Both the position numbers and the translations under genes were made by a program. The notes below the pieces were generated by a model. That model saw only the letters and a list, made by a program, of their open reading frames with translations. It was not told where the DNA came from and did no database searches. A stretch of DNA of 63,518 bases, the filler included, from Octopus bimaculoides (Eukaryota): NCBI RefSeq assembly GCF_001194135.2. It is 7 parts of 7 records of this genome, joined end to end, with 100 filler letters (N's around TTAATTAATTAA, not from the genome) between each part and the next. Parts side by side here need not be neighbours in the genome. Positions count along the whole stretch, not along the records: positions 1 to 8,638 come from NC_068982.1; positions 8,739 to 25,917 come from NC_068984.1; 5 more parts are not named here. The stretch is one strand, 5' to 3'. Below are positions 1-11,990 of this stretch, in pieces. Position 1 is the first letter of the stretch. Every line of letters starts with the position of its first letter.

Positions 1-250
1 ACCACCACCACCACCACCACCACCACTACCACCACCACCAGTTACAACAGCATCATCAACAATAACGAAATAGAATCACTACAACCACCACCACCACCAC
101 CACCACCACCACTAACAACCACCACAACAACAACAATGACAACTGATTTTTATGTTGTTTGTTTTTGACATTGGTACTATAATAATTTTCATGATAATAA
201 TCATGATAATATTAACAATAACATGATAATATTAACAATAACATTAATAA
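1..250. repeat. Compound (ACC)n/(AAC)n/(AAT)-rich microsatellite
   Basis: Read directly from the sequence. Confidence 0.9.
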
Positions 251-555
251 TTCTTTACAATGACGTCAAAATAGCTGAGCTGTCTTTTAAAGTAATTTTA
301 TTTTAAATTACTGACTTCCAGTGCTGAGTTTCTTAAGGATTGCTTCGTGACGGTAAGGGTGGGCTAGAGTGGAGTATTGTAGTTGTTTTGCTGTTGTTGT
401 TGTTGTTGTTGTTGTTACACATTTGTCTCAGCAATTACTGTTTACAGTTTCCAAACTACAAGAGCTAGCATAACCAATTTATTTCTCTCTCTAAAAAAAA
501 AAAAAAGAAAGAACTTTTTTAAACATATGTACACACACAAGTATATGTAGATATG

Positions 556-760
556 CTTCTCTACTCTAGGCACAAGGCAAGAAATTTTGGGGGAGGGGGC
601 TAGTCTATTAGATCGACCCAGTACGCAACTGGTACTTAATTTATCGACACAAAAGGCAAAGTCGACGTCGGCGGAATTTGAACTCAGAACATAAAGTCAG
701 ACGAAATACCGCTAAACATTTTTTTCCGGCGTGTTAACCTTTCTGCCAGCTCGCCGCCTT
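556..760 (-). mobile_element. tRNA-like SINE, family A (my label)
   Basis: Reverse complement of the 6462-6694 head and core (AGGCGGCGAGCTGGCAGAAA...TTCTGAGTTCAAATTCCGCC...GATAAATTAAGTACCAG) with a different tail. Confidence 0.8.
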
Positions 761-1723
761 AATGCATGTACATATTACATACATTCATATACACATACGC
801 GGGTACATACAAACATACACGTGTGTATACATACATACATGCATGCGCATATATATATATATATATANNNNNNNNNNNNNNNNNNNNNNNNNNNNNNNNN
901 NNNNNNNNNNNNNNNNNNNNNNNNNNNNNNNNNNNNNNNNNNNNNNNNNNNNNNNNNNNNNNNNNNNNNNNNNNNNNNNNNNNNNNNNNNNNNNNNNNNN
1001 NNNNNNNNNNNNNNNNNNNNNNNNNNNNNNNNNNNNNNNNNNNNNNNNNNNNNNNNNNNNNNNNNNNNNNNNNNNNNNNNNNNNNNNNNNNNNNNNNNNN
1101 NNNNNNNNNNNNNNNNNNNNNNNNNNNNNNNNNNNNNNNNNNNNNNNNNNNNNNNNNNNNNNNNNNNNNNNNNNNNNNNNNNNNNNNNNNNNNNNNNNNN
1201 NNNNNNNNNNNNNNNNNNNNNNNNNNNNNNNNNNNNNNNNNNNNNNNNNNNNNNNNNNNNNNNNNNNNNNNNNNNNNNNNNNNNNNNNNNNNNNNNNNNN
1301 NNNNNNNNNNNNNNNNNNNNNNNNNNNNNNNNNNNNNNNNNNNNNNNNNNNNNNNNNNNNNNNNNNNNNNNNNNNNNNNNNNNNNNNNNNNNNNNNNNNN
1401 NNNNNNNNNNNNNNNNNNNNNNNNNNNNNNNNNNNNNNNNNNNNNNNNNNNNNNNNNNNNNNNNNNNNNNNNNNNNNNNNNNNNNNNNNNNNNNNNNNNN
1501 NNNNNNNNNNNNNNNNNNNNNNNNNNNNNNNNNNNNNNNNNNNNNNNNNNNNNNNNNNNNNNNNNNNNNNNNNNNNNNNNNNNNNNNNNNNNNNNNNNNN
1601 NNNNNNNNNNNNNNNNNNNNNNNNNNNNNNNNNNNNNNNNNNNNNNNNNNNNNNNNNNNNNNNNNNNNNNNNNNNNATGTATATATGTATATATGTATGT
1701 ATGTATGTATGCATATACGTATG

Positions 1724-1757
<34 letters not shown>

Positions 1758-1973
1758 TGTGTGTGTGTGTTTGTGTGCGTTTGTCCCTCCACCATCGCTT
1801 GACAACAGATGTTGGTGTGTTTACGTCCCCATAACATGGCGGTTCGGCAAAAGAGAACGATAGAATACTTATACCAGGCTTTCAAAGAATAAGTTCTGGG
1901 GGCGATTTGTTCGACTAAAGGCGGTATTCCAGCATGGCCGCAGTCAAACGACTGAGACAAGTATCTACACACA

Positions 1974-2005
<32 letters not shown>

Positions 2006-2514
2006 TGTAAAATAAATTCCAGCGTTACAGAATCGCCTATTTGTACGGAGTTTTTTTCTGGATTAAGATTCATATTTTCAAGCAATGACCCACAAATATA
2101 ACAGAAGAATCAATACAGAGGACAAGGCCAGTGGAAAGCAAATTCTACGGCAAATATTATTCTTTTACTTGTTTCAGTCATTTGACTGCGGCCATGCTTG
2201 AACACCACCCTAAGGGATTTTTTTTTTTAGTCGAAGAAATCAATCCCAGGACTTATTCTTTGTAAGCCTAGTACTTATTCTATCGGTCTCTTGCCGAGCT
2301 GCTAAGTTACGGGCACATGAACACACCAATAACACTGTACTTATTCCACGTCCTCGCGTTGTTTTTTCGTGTTTTTTCTTGCTTGTTCATGTTTGGATTG
2401 ACTACATACATACATACATACATACATACATACATACATACATACTCGACAGTCCAACTAACACCAACTCTACCACATATTTACAAACACCAGGAACTCT
2501 CTCAACTCAAAAAT

Positions 2515-2860
2515 TCTTGTTGCAAGATGATTACAAGTTCAGGTTTATACCTGTATTTATTGCGTCACTAGGATATGTAACACACTTCCTAAGTACCAAT
2601 CTTGAGAAAGTAGGCTTCTCAAAACCAAATATGAGAAAGCGGATTCGAAAACTACAGATCCAAGCCATTACTGGAACAGTAAACATTTGAAAATCCTCCC
2701 GGAAGTTTATTATTTAAGTACATATGTGCACTGCACATATACACACATAGATGCAAAAATACTCTGCTGATGTTGAAATCTCAGTGAAGGAGCCTTGGAT
2801 CTAGGTTAGAAAAAGGCTATTTCTCTATTGGCAAGAAACCATGAAATAAAATTGAATACA
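2515..2860 (+). mobile_element. R4/Dong-like LINE 3' end with UTR
   Basis: DYKFRFIPVFIASLGYV...LQIQAITGTVNI matches the C-terminus of the other copies; followed by about 150 bp of UTR ending at a (CATA)-type repeat. Confidence 0.7.
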
Positions 2861-4898
2861 TGCATACATACACATACACATACATGCATACATGCTTATG
2901 TACATACAAACATACATGTACACACACACATATATATAAACATATATGCATACACACATATTTACATACACACATATTTACATGCACACATACATACAAA
3001 ACACCTTATATTGTATTGCTTCATTTTGGGAGTTCTAGGGAATGATAGTTTGGATTGTATTACAGTATAACGTTCTATGAAGTCATGTGACTGTTATCGT
3101 TGTTCTTGCGGCAACTTAAATAGATCGTTACAAAAATTTCCTTAGACACCGGATCTCTAGCAGCTGATCTTAAATCTGATGCATATTTTTAGTTTCATCT
3201 AATTGAAACGATGAGAGATAAATCTACATCTGGATTAAATGATTCTCGCTGATAAACAAATCTCTGAGATCTGGAGTCTGTCCATTTCCTCGGGGACCAC
3301 CAGCAATTTCTTTACACAATGGCCGACTTTTAATTTTATTTTCCATTTACCCATGGACAACGTATCATGTGTTACATCTAAAGCTCTCTCTGCGTATCCC
3401 CTCCATTTCCATCCCTAAAAAATCTTTTATCATTTATCTTTTACTCTTTTACTTGTTTCAGTCATTAGACTGCGGCCATGATGGGGCACCGCCTTGACGA
3501 CTCAAGTACTTATTCTTTTTAAAGCTTGATACTTACTTTATTGGTCGCTTTTGCTGAATCGCTGGGACGTGGACTCACCAGCCACGGTTGTCAAGCCGTG
3601 GCAGTGGTAGTGGTGGAATAAACNNNNNNNNNNNNNNNNNNNNNNNNNNNNNNNNNNNNNNNNNNNNNNNNNNNNNNNNNNNNNNNNNNNNNNNNNNNNN
3701 NNNNNNNNNNNNNNNNNNNNNNNNNNNNNNNNNNNNNNNNNNNNNNNNNNNNNNNNNNNNNNNNNNNNNNNNNNNNNNNNNNNNNNNNNNNNNNNNNNNN
3801 NNNNNNNNNNNNNNNNNNNNNNNNNNNNNNNNNNNNNNNNNNNNNNNNNNNNNNNNNNNNNNNNNNNNNNNNNNNNNNNNNNNNNNNNNNNNNNNNNNNN
3901 NNNNNNNNNNNNNNNNNNNNNNNNNNNNNNNNNNNNNNNNNNNNNNNNNNNNNNNNNNNNNNNNNNNNNNNNNNNNNNNNNNNNNNNNNNNNTATCTTTT
4001 TCCTTTTTCTTTTATCTTTTCACTTGTTTCACTTATTAGAACTTGCGGTCATCCTGGAGCACCACCTTAAACGGTTTTTGTCTATGAAATCGACCTCACG
4101 ACTTATTCTTTGTAAACTTAGTACTTATTCTATCGGTCTCTTTTGCCGAATCGCTAAGTTGCGTGGACGTAAACACACCAACATCGGTTGTCAAGAGATG
4201 GTGCGGGACAAACACAGACAAAATCACTCACATAAATACAGAAAAAGAAAGAGAGAGGGGGGAGAGAGTGTGGGGAGAAAGAGAGATCCCAAACTAACTA
4301 GCGTATCTCTATGTGGTCGCTCGACCTGATAGAAATTCCAATCAAATTTTACCCACATCACATCCAGCCGACTTAAATTGGACAGGACACACTGCTTAAT
4401 GTAGTCCTAAATGTACAATATTAGAACTGATGGTCACGATTGGAACGCTTTTGAGCATAGGCCAAAGCTGACTTGGGTTAGACAACAACAGCAAGAAAAG
4501 AGATAAATACTATGTGTAGTGGATATGCTATGATGAAATCTTAACTAACTTAATCTAAGGCTATAAGATGTCCGTTACACTATGTATTTGAGACACTATT
4601 GAAATGGTTGTAAGGGATAGAACCGATTTGTAGTGTTTTTTCCTTCTTTCTGTGAGGAGGAAAGAGGACGTTCTTTTATCTGACGATGTACCGAAAGTTT
4701 TTTTAATAATACAACAAGGGAAACTTTATGTGATTGCTCGGCTCTGTCAGAAATAACAGCCAAATCTCCTTCAGATTACATCCTGCAGTTAAAACAAACT
4801 AACGAGCAAAACAAAACAAAAACTAGAGAAAAGAGAAGTAAATATTAACTAATAGAAATCTAGATAAACACGTTTGGGGAAACACAAACACACACACA

Positions 4899-4936
<38 letters not shown>

Positions 4937-6461
4937 ACACATACGCACACACTCCCCACCACACACACACACACACACAAACTTCCCCACTACACACACA
5001 CACACTCCTCAACCACACATACTCAAGAAAAAACAATCGGTTAGTCACGGTTAGAACGTCTTTTGTTACAAGTCTGCTTGATCTCTGATCTGGTGTCAGA
5101 CAACAACGACAACATCGATGGCGACAAAACAACAGCAGCAACAACAACTACTGCCACCACCACCACTACCACAAACACCACCACCACCACCACCACCATC
5201 ACCACCCCTGGACGTCACTACTATCAGATGTTTTTATTTCAAACCGTAGAAAATAATCTCGTTTTTTACCAAAGTTGTTTATACCTTCGACAGCAATAGA
5301 TCTAAAGATATAATAAAGCTCAGCATCATCATTGAACTATCAATCAATCAATCAATCAATAGAAAATAAAATAAAATAATAATAGATAAAAAAAAAACCT
5401 GGAAATCTAAGTCGATTAATCGGATATGGATATGTAAGATGGATGGATGGAGAGAACGTGGAAATTGCAAGTTAAAAAGCTTGTTTATTTCTTCCTCTTG
5501 CTTATATCCGGTTTGACGAGTATCCGGCTTTTTCTTATTGGAAAACTGTAGACGCTGTGAAGCAATTATTTATCATACAGGAGAAGCCAAATATCGATTG
5601 GAATATGTTTTATGGTTTTCTGTGACGGACGTCTAGACAAGCAGTAAGATCTGGCCGAAACGATCGCCGTACTCGGTTTCAATTCTCGATTGTCTAGCAA
5701 TTTCATTTCTGTCCATCATGTCCCTTTAAAAAAAGCATCCTATAAAATCGTTTATCAGGTGCCGTAAATGGGGACCTTGTAAAATGTCCATTTACGGTAC
5801 CTTATAAGATTCACAACCTTAAGGCTGGTTTATTTTTATTCTTTTACTGCTTTCAATCAAAATACTTCAGTCATGCTGGAGCACCGTCTTTTGGATGTGC
5901 AGTTGATTACAGCTACCTCAGAATGACACTAAATATATCGACCTCGGTAAAATGACAGAAAAAGTCAACGTGGATTGGATTTGAACTCAGAACGTAAAAT
6001 GATTTGACAAAATAACTCGTGGTAGTTTGTCCTCTGTTTAACGTGTTTTGCCAGCCATCTACCACATTTTTAGACATTTGATAACTTTTATAATTAATTG
6101 CTTATTGAGTAAGTGAATGTTTAAGAAGAATTAAATTCGTAGATTCTCTGACCTTTATATCTTTTTTAATGCCATTAGCAAAATAAAATAAGCAAAAAGG
6201 ATTCAATCGGGGTTCGAAACCAGCTCGTGAATTCAACTCGCTCGAGAACTCTGTATAAAAATTAACGATTATTGCTTTTGGGGTTTTTTCTTTGCTTTTG
6301 CTTTTCAATGACAAGCATTTACGGAGGAGATGAGTGAGTTGTTGTCACGTCCACGCCTCTCTTTAAAGTATTAGTGTAGACCCATTAAAATTGCCACAAC
6401 CAGAAATTGAAACTGGCAGGCGGTCTGCTTGCAGAACCAGCTCATTAGAAATTGTGTAGGA

Positions 6462-6694
6462 AGGCGGCGAGCTGGCAGAAACGTTAGCATGCCGGGCGAA
6501 ATGCTTAGTGGTATTTCGTTTGCCGTTACGTTCTGAGTTCAAATTCCGCCGAGGTCGACTTTACCTTTCATCCTTTCAGAGTCGATAAATTAAGTACCAG
6601 TTACCCAATGGGGTCGATTTAATCAACTTAATCACTTTGTCTGTCCTTGTTTGTCCCCTCTGTTTAGCCCCTTGTGGACAATAAAGAAATAAGA
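6462..6694 (+). mobile_element. tRNA-like SINE, family A, near full length
   Basis: B-box-like GAGTTCAAATTCC. The core CCTTTCATCCTTT...GTCGATAAATTAAGTACCAG resembles the Deu/Nin SINE domain (recalled). Related copies at about 5830-6060, 7460-7610, 12735-13125, 23775-23980 and 40878-41050. Confidence 0.8.
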
Positions 6695-8069
6695 AACTGT
6701 AGGAAATAAAGATTAAGGGTCAGTTGGTGACTCCATACAATATTTAGGTTTTCCTTACTGCTTCTGAAGTTCAAATTATATCGGGATTAACTTGCCTTTT
6801 CAAACATTCAGGGGCATATAATAAGAATCAGACATCTGATGGGATCGGTTCATACAACTAAAGTTCTCTTATAAATTTTAGGTTTTGTGCCAAGATATTA
6901 AGAGATCAACCACTGCAGAAATACAAGATCAGCGCAATGGCGGTAGCGGTAGTGTGAATCATTTATTTACATCCCTGTAACCTCTAAGATCAGAAGGTCG
7001 GCCGAACTTTGCTGGTGTTGTTATTGTTTAGCACAGGCAGCTTTCACCAAGCTGAATTATGATCAAGAACGTTTCCTTTATGAGCATCCCACCATATTTT
7101 CAGATATATAGAATCTAAGCCTTTTTTAAAAGACGGTAGGGTGTCATTTGAGGAAAATTTTGCAGTTATTTCCACCAGAGTGAATGACCACATAGAGGTA
7201 CCCTCGTTGGTTCGTCGATTTTGTTTTTCATCTCTTCGATAGAGTGTCAGCAGTTTTCAGTCCGATTGTTTATATTTACCTTAATCTACAGATTAGCATT
7301 ATAGAAATTTAATGATTATCTCATAATGGAGGCACACTTTTGACGCTAATATATTGTGAAATACTCCCTTACAGAAACATATTCAACATACATGCTAAAA
7401 CAAAAGTATGTCATGTTTATAATGATCGGAATATCAATACAAAATCAAAACGTTCTAATTTAAGCACAAGGCCAATCATTTGGGGGGAGGGATTAGTCGA
7501 TTAAATCAATCTGTTCCAGTACTAAATACGTATTTTATTTTATTGACCTTGGAAGGACGAAAGGTAAAGCTAACCTCGGCAGTATTTGAACTCAAAATGT
7601 TAAGGGTCGTAACTAAAAATCACATGACATTTTCTCCAGTGCTCTATTCATTTTAATAATCTACTGCCCTTATAAGTGGAATAATAATTAGGATTGCTTT
7701 TAATTGTTTAAATACTGCAAAGCATTTTTGTCCGACACTGCGAATACTATTATAATAGTTTTTTTTAACATAGGCACAAGACCAAAAATTGCGGAGAGGG
7801 ATTATGACCTGATATTTGATTTGGCCGGATTTGAACTGAGGACATAAAACACACCAATGCTATACTAATCTATCCTGAAATTATAACAAGCAACTCCGAC
7901 TGTAGAGAGCCGTTGTCAGTACCACAAAACAATCTATCCAATATTCTGATAACTCTGCCAATCGGTTGACTTGCGCGCGCGCGTGTGTGTGTGAGAGAGA
8001 GAGAGAGTGTGTGTGTGTGTGTATGTGCGAATGTGTGTGACTGAGTGTTTGGGTGTTTGCGTACGTGTT

Positions 8070-8103
<34 letters not shown>

Positions 8104-8221
8104 CATACACATACATATATACACATATTTACATATGTATGTATATGCACGCATACATACTCTCCCTATACACACTCAAACCTACAATCACACACAAACA
8201 CTTCCATATAATACGCTAATA

Positions 8222-8258
<37 letters not shown>

Positions 8259-8504
8259 GTGTGTGCGCGTGTGTATGTGTGTGTGTGTGTATGTGTGTGT
8301 ATGTGTATGTGTGTATGTGTATGTGTATATTGTCGTTCAATGCTCGAAATGAGGAGTAGATAGACAGCAGGCAACTGATGAAGGGTCGTTCTTTGTGTTA
8401 CTCGTCTTGCTTTCCATTTGTTTCTCTCGTTGTTTGTGTATTAAACTCATTTGTTTTCGTATTTCATGTTGTTATCAGTTGGTGACGTCCTGCATCTATA
8501 TATG

Positions 8505-8541
<37 letters not shown>

Positions 8542-8638
8542 TATTTATATATATTGTTGTATGTAGATTTCATTAACTGTTTAGCAAACAAGGTTTCCCC
8601 GTACAGCTAGCACATATTCATTAAGTCGATTTCAAAAT

Positions 8639-8738
8639 NNNNNNNNNNNNNNNNNNNNNNNNNNNNNNNNNNNNNNNNNNNNTTAATTAATTAANNNNNN
8701 NNNNNNNNNNNNNNNNNNNNNNNNNNNNNNNNNNNNNN
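8639..8738. other. Assembly linker (44 N + TTAATTAATTAA + 44 N), one of six
   Basis: The identical six-frame-stop 12-mer sits inside N runs at 8683, 25962, 45158, 54593, 60215 and 62424; artificial join marker. Confidence 0.95.
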
Positions 8739-9675
8739 AAGAAGAAGAAGAAGAAGAAGAAGAAGAAGAAGAAGAAGAAGAAGAAGAAATGCTGTTGAGT
8801 GAAACGAATAAAACAAAGACGTCTACGATGATAAACAACAACAACAGCAACGAGAAAGAAAAGGAGATGAACAGAACAAAGCCTAAAACCAACAAAAGAG
8901 GAACGACGAGAACAGCAACAACAACAACAACTGCAGAATCTCTGTAATATGTTTACAAACTGCAGTTTGTTTTGTGTTTTTGTTACCAACCACAGGAGCG
9001 AAAAACAGGAGCAAAGGAAAATAAATAAATAGAGAAATAAATAAGGAAACATAAATAAATGAATAACAAAATGGCAGGCATGACATCAAAATTCATGTTA
9101 GTTGTCAGACGATTTGTAAGTACAGAGGCGGGTGGGTAGAAGGGGAAAAAAATGATAGTCAGAAACGGAGGCCTTGTTTTTCTCAAGTTGTCTTTAAAAA
9201 CTCATTAAATTTGTGAGAATTACAAGGGAAGAAAATATAGAAAATAAAAATATAATGATAATAATATGCGATGTATTGAAAATGTTAAAGGCAGACGATC
9301 CTACAGAGCGACGAAAAACTGATGTTTAGATAAAAATGGACGATTAACTTTATTTCCTTCTGCCATGTTTGCCTTTTTATTTGTTTTTCTCTGTTTCTTG
9401 TTTCATAATTTTTTTTGTTTTATTGCTTAATTTCGTTTGCATGAGATTCTGTTTTTATTTCATTTATATCTTTTTTCGTAATTGGAGATATTTTTGTTTT
9501 ATTAAAACACTTTTATATAATATTGTAATGTCATTTATTTTGTTATTCTTCATAACATCATTTGTGTGTATGTGTGTGTGTGTGTGTACAAATATATATT
9601 TATACATAATTAGGATAAAGCCACCATTTAATGATTTACCAGTGGCCAGCGTACGAAAAACCATACAGGTTAAAT

Positions 9676-10206
9676 TAATATTTAAAGTATAATTATAAAT
9701 ATATAATTATAAATAAGGGCGCTGTCCCTCCAGCGCCTGTACACTTGAAACAGACGTCAAACAACTCCAAACCACTTAAGTTAACACTCCGTTTTATCAC
9801 AAAGCTGTATGCAAGGAAAATGGACAAAAAGAAGGATTTATAAAAACATTGTGGATAACCCTATATCTTAAGATTTCATGTTTTGCAATATTAAAATTGC
9901 TTTACAATCTTCAGTAGGGTACATTGACCGTAAATTAATGAGAAATACATATACATACCCGTAGGGATACACTCGTACAAATACGAATATATACATATAT
10001 TTCACACATATCACAAGGTTATAAGCGAGGAAAATGGACAAACCTTTTTTTTTTTTCGTCGATTTTCCTCGCATACAGTTTTGTGATAAACGGGGTGTTA
10101 ACTTAAGTGGTTTGTAGTCGTTCGACATCTATTTCAAGCGTACAGGCACTATCCCTCCAGTACCTTTATTTATAACTGTATATTTATAATTATACTTTAA
10201 ATATTA
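9676..10206. mobile_element. Fold-back / MITE-like element, about 150-bp inverted arms
   Basis: 9676-9830 is the near reverse complement of 10050-10206 (for example AAACCACTTAAGTTAACAC / GTGTTAACTTAAGTGGTTT). It begins and ends with TA and has no ORF. Confidence 0.8.
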
Positions 10207-10250
10207 TATATACACATATCTATACATATATTTATGTGTGNNNNNNNNNN

Positions 10251-10290
<40 letters not shown>

Positions 10291-11441
10291 GTATGTATGT
10301 ATATACATACACTTATACACACGTATATGTTTGTGAGTGTGTGTGTTTGTGTAGATTAAGTAATACGGGACGATTCGTTCGACTAAAACCCTTTAAAGCG
10401 GTACCCCAGCATGATTGCAGTCCAATGACTGAATCAACCAAAAGATACGTAATTGTAGGTGTCCAATAAAATTTATTGACGTATTTAGAAATATTGGATA
10501 AGGTGTTGAATAAGAGAGAAAGTGTAGATTTGTCGAATCGAATATTTCAGGCCGTAACATGCTTTTCGTACAACTTTATCATGAATATATATCTCTAACA
10601 ATAATGTTTATATGATATGTCGGATATTACAAGACAGAATTGGTTGGAGCTTATGGAGAGAAAAAGATGATTGACATATCTCTGAGTAGATGTATCAGTG
10701 TAGATGTGTACGCGGAGAAGGTTTGCAATATCACTCTGCGTATATAAATGTGAGTACATTGGGTGTTATATACGTGAGTATATGTGTGTGCATATTTGTA
10801 AATATGAATGTATATATGAGTGTATATATTCTATATATGAGTGTATATATGTTTAATATGTATAAGTGTATGCTTGCTTATGTCGTAGTGGTAATGTGTC
10901 CGTGTGTGGAATATTCGCAGCTGGCAAAGGCGATGTGGTAGTGACTTATCAACCAAAATGTTAGTAATTCCTTACCTGTCGCAGACATTGTTCTGCGCTC
11001 TGTCGAAGAAGCATATTTCTAGCCAGTTTAATCAACAAAATTCGAACTAATGACCAGACAAGATTTCAACAATAAATAGCATCGTATAATAGACATTAGT
11101 TTCCGTGTGCTGTTGAACCGCTTGAGTGTGGCTAGCAAGCTATATGTGGGTCCTGAAGAACAGCACGATACCACACAGCATCAAGTAAAGTATCGTTGAG
11201 AAATTTAGGCCATAAAATAATGCCTCACAAAGTAACAGAATCTGTTTCGCAGAAAGCACACACATCCTTATTAGATCAAATAACTGCATCGACCTTCTAA
11301 GTTCCAGATGTGAGGGTTTTACAAAATGTATGCATCTCGATTAGACACAGTTTAATGCACTTTAGCCTATCCCTCATTCGACTACCCCAACTAGGTATAA
11401 GACATAGTTCTTTTTAAATGTAACTACTCAACACACACACC

Positions 11442-11581
<140 letters not shown>

Positions 11582-11699
11582 TCTGAATATAAATGTCTGG
11601 AGATTGAGATAGTCCCAACATAATGTTAGGTTCTAATGATTGTCAATTGGACATAGTGGTTTGTGGGTTAGTGTGAGGCCTAGAAATAGACACAAAGTC

Positions 11700-11990
11700 G
11701 ATGACAAAATGCTGCTCATTCCCTTCTATGATGTAACTCATGAGGTTGTCATGGATGGATTTGCTTGGGATCGTACACGCTTGAGATTCTCCGAACAAAC
11801 CGTCCATGACTAGCAACAACATCTGTGCCAAAACCTTGGCCAAAATTTTTAACTTTGCATTGAGGAGGGCTATGGGCTGGAAATTGCCTATAATACCCCC
11901 TGTATTGGCATCCTCTCTCAGCAAGGTTAACGTACCTAAGCTCACAGACCTGAGAATTATCCCGTTTTGCTGCCTACTGTGATAGAAGTC
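11700..11990 (-). mobile_element. L1/Tx1-type reverse transcriptase fragment
   Basis: LTLLRE...NFQPIALLNAKLKILAKVLA...QACTIPSKSIHDNL matches the L1/Tx1 pattern RPISLLNxDxKILAKVLA...QxxFIPGRSIHDN. Confidence 0.78.

Noticed and set aside
731-2002. Long ORFs spanning N gaps (also 15302-16709, 34767-35764, 48980-50923, 60875-61651)
   Set aside because: They are translated Ns flanked by (TA)n, (CA)n or (TATG)n; no coding signal.
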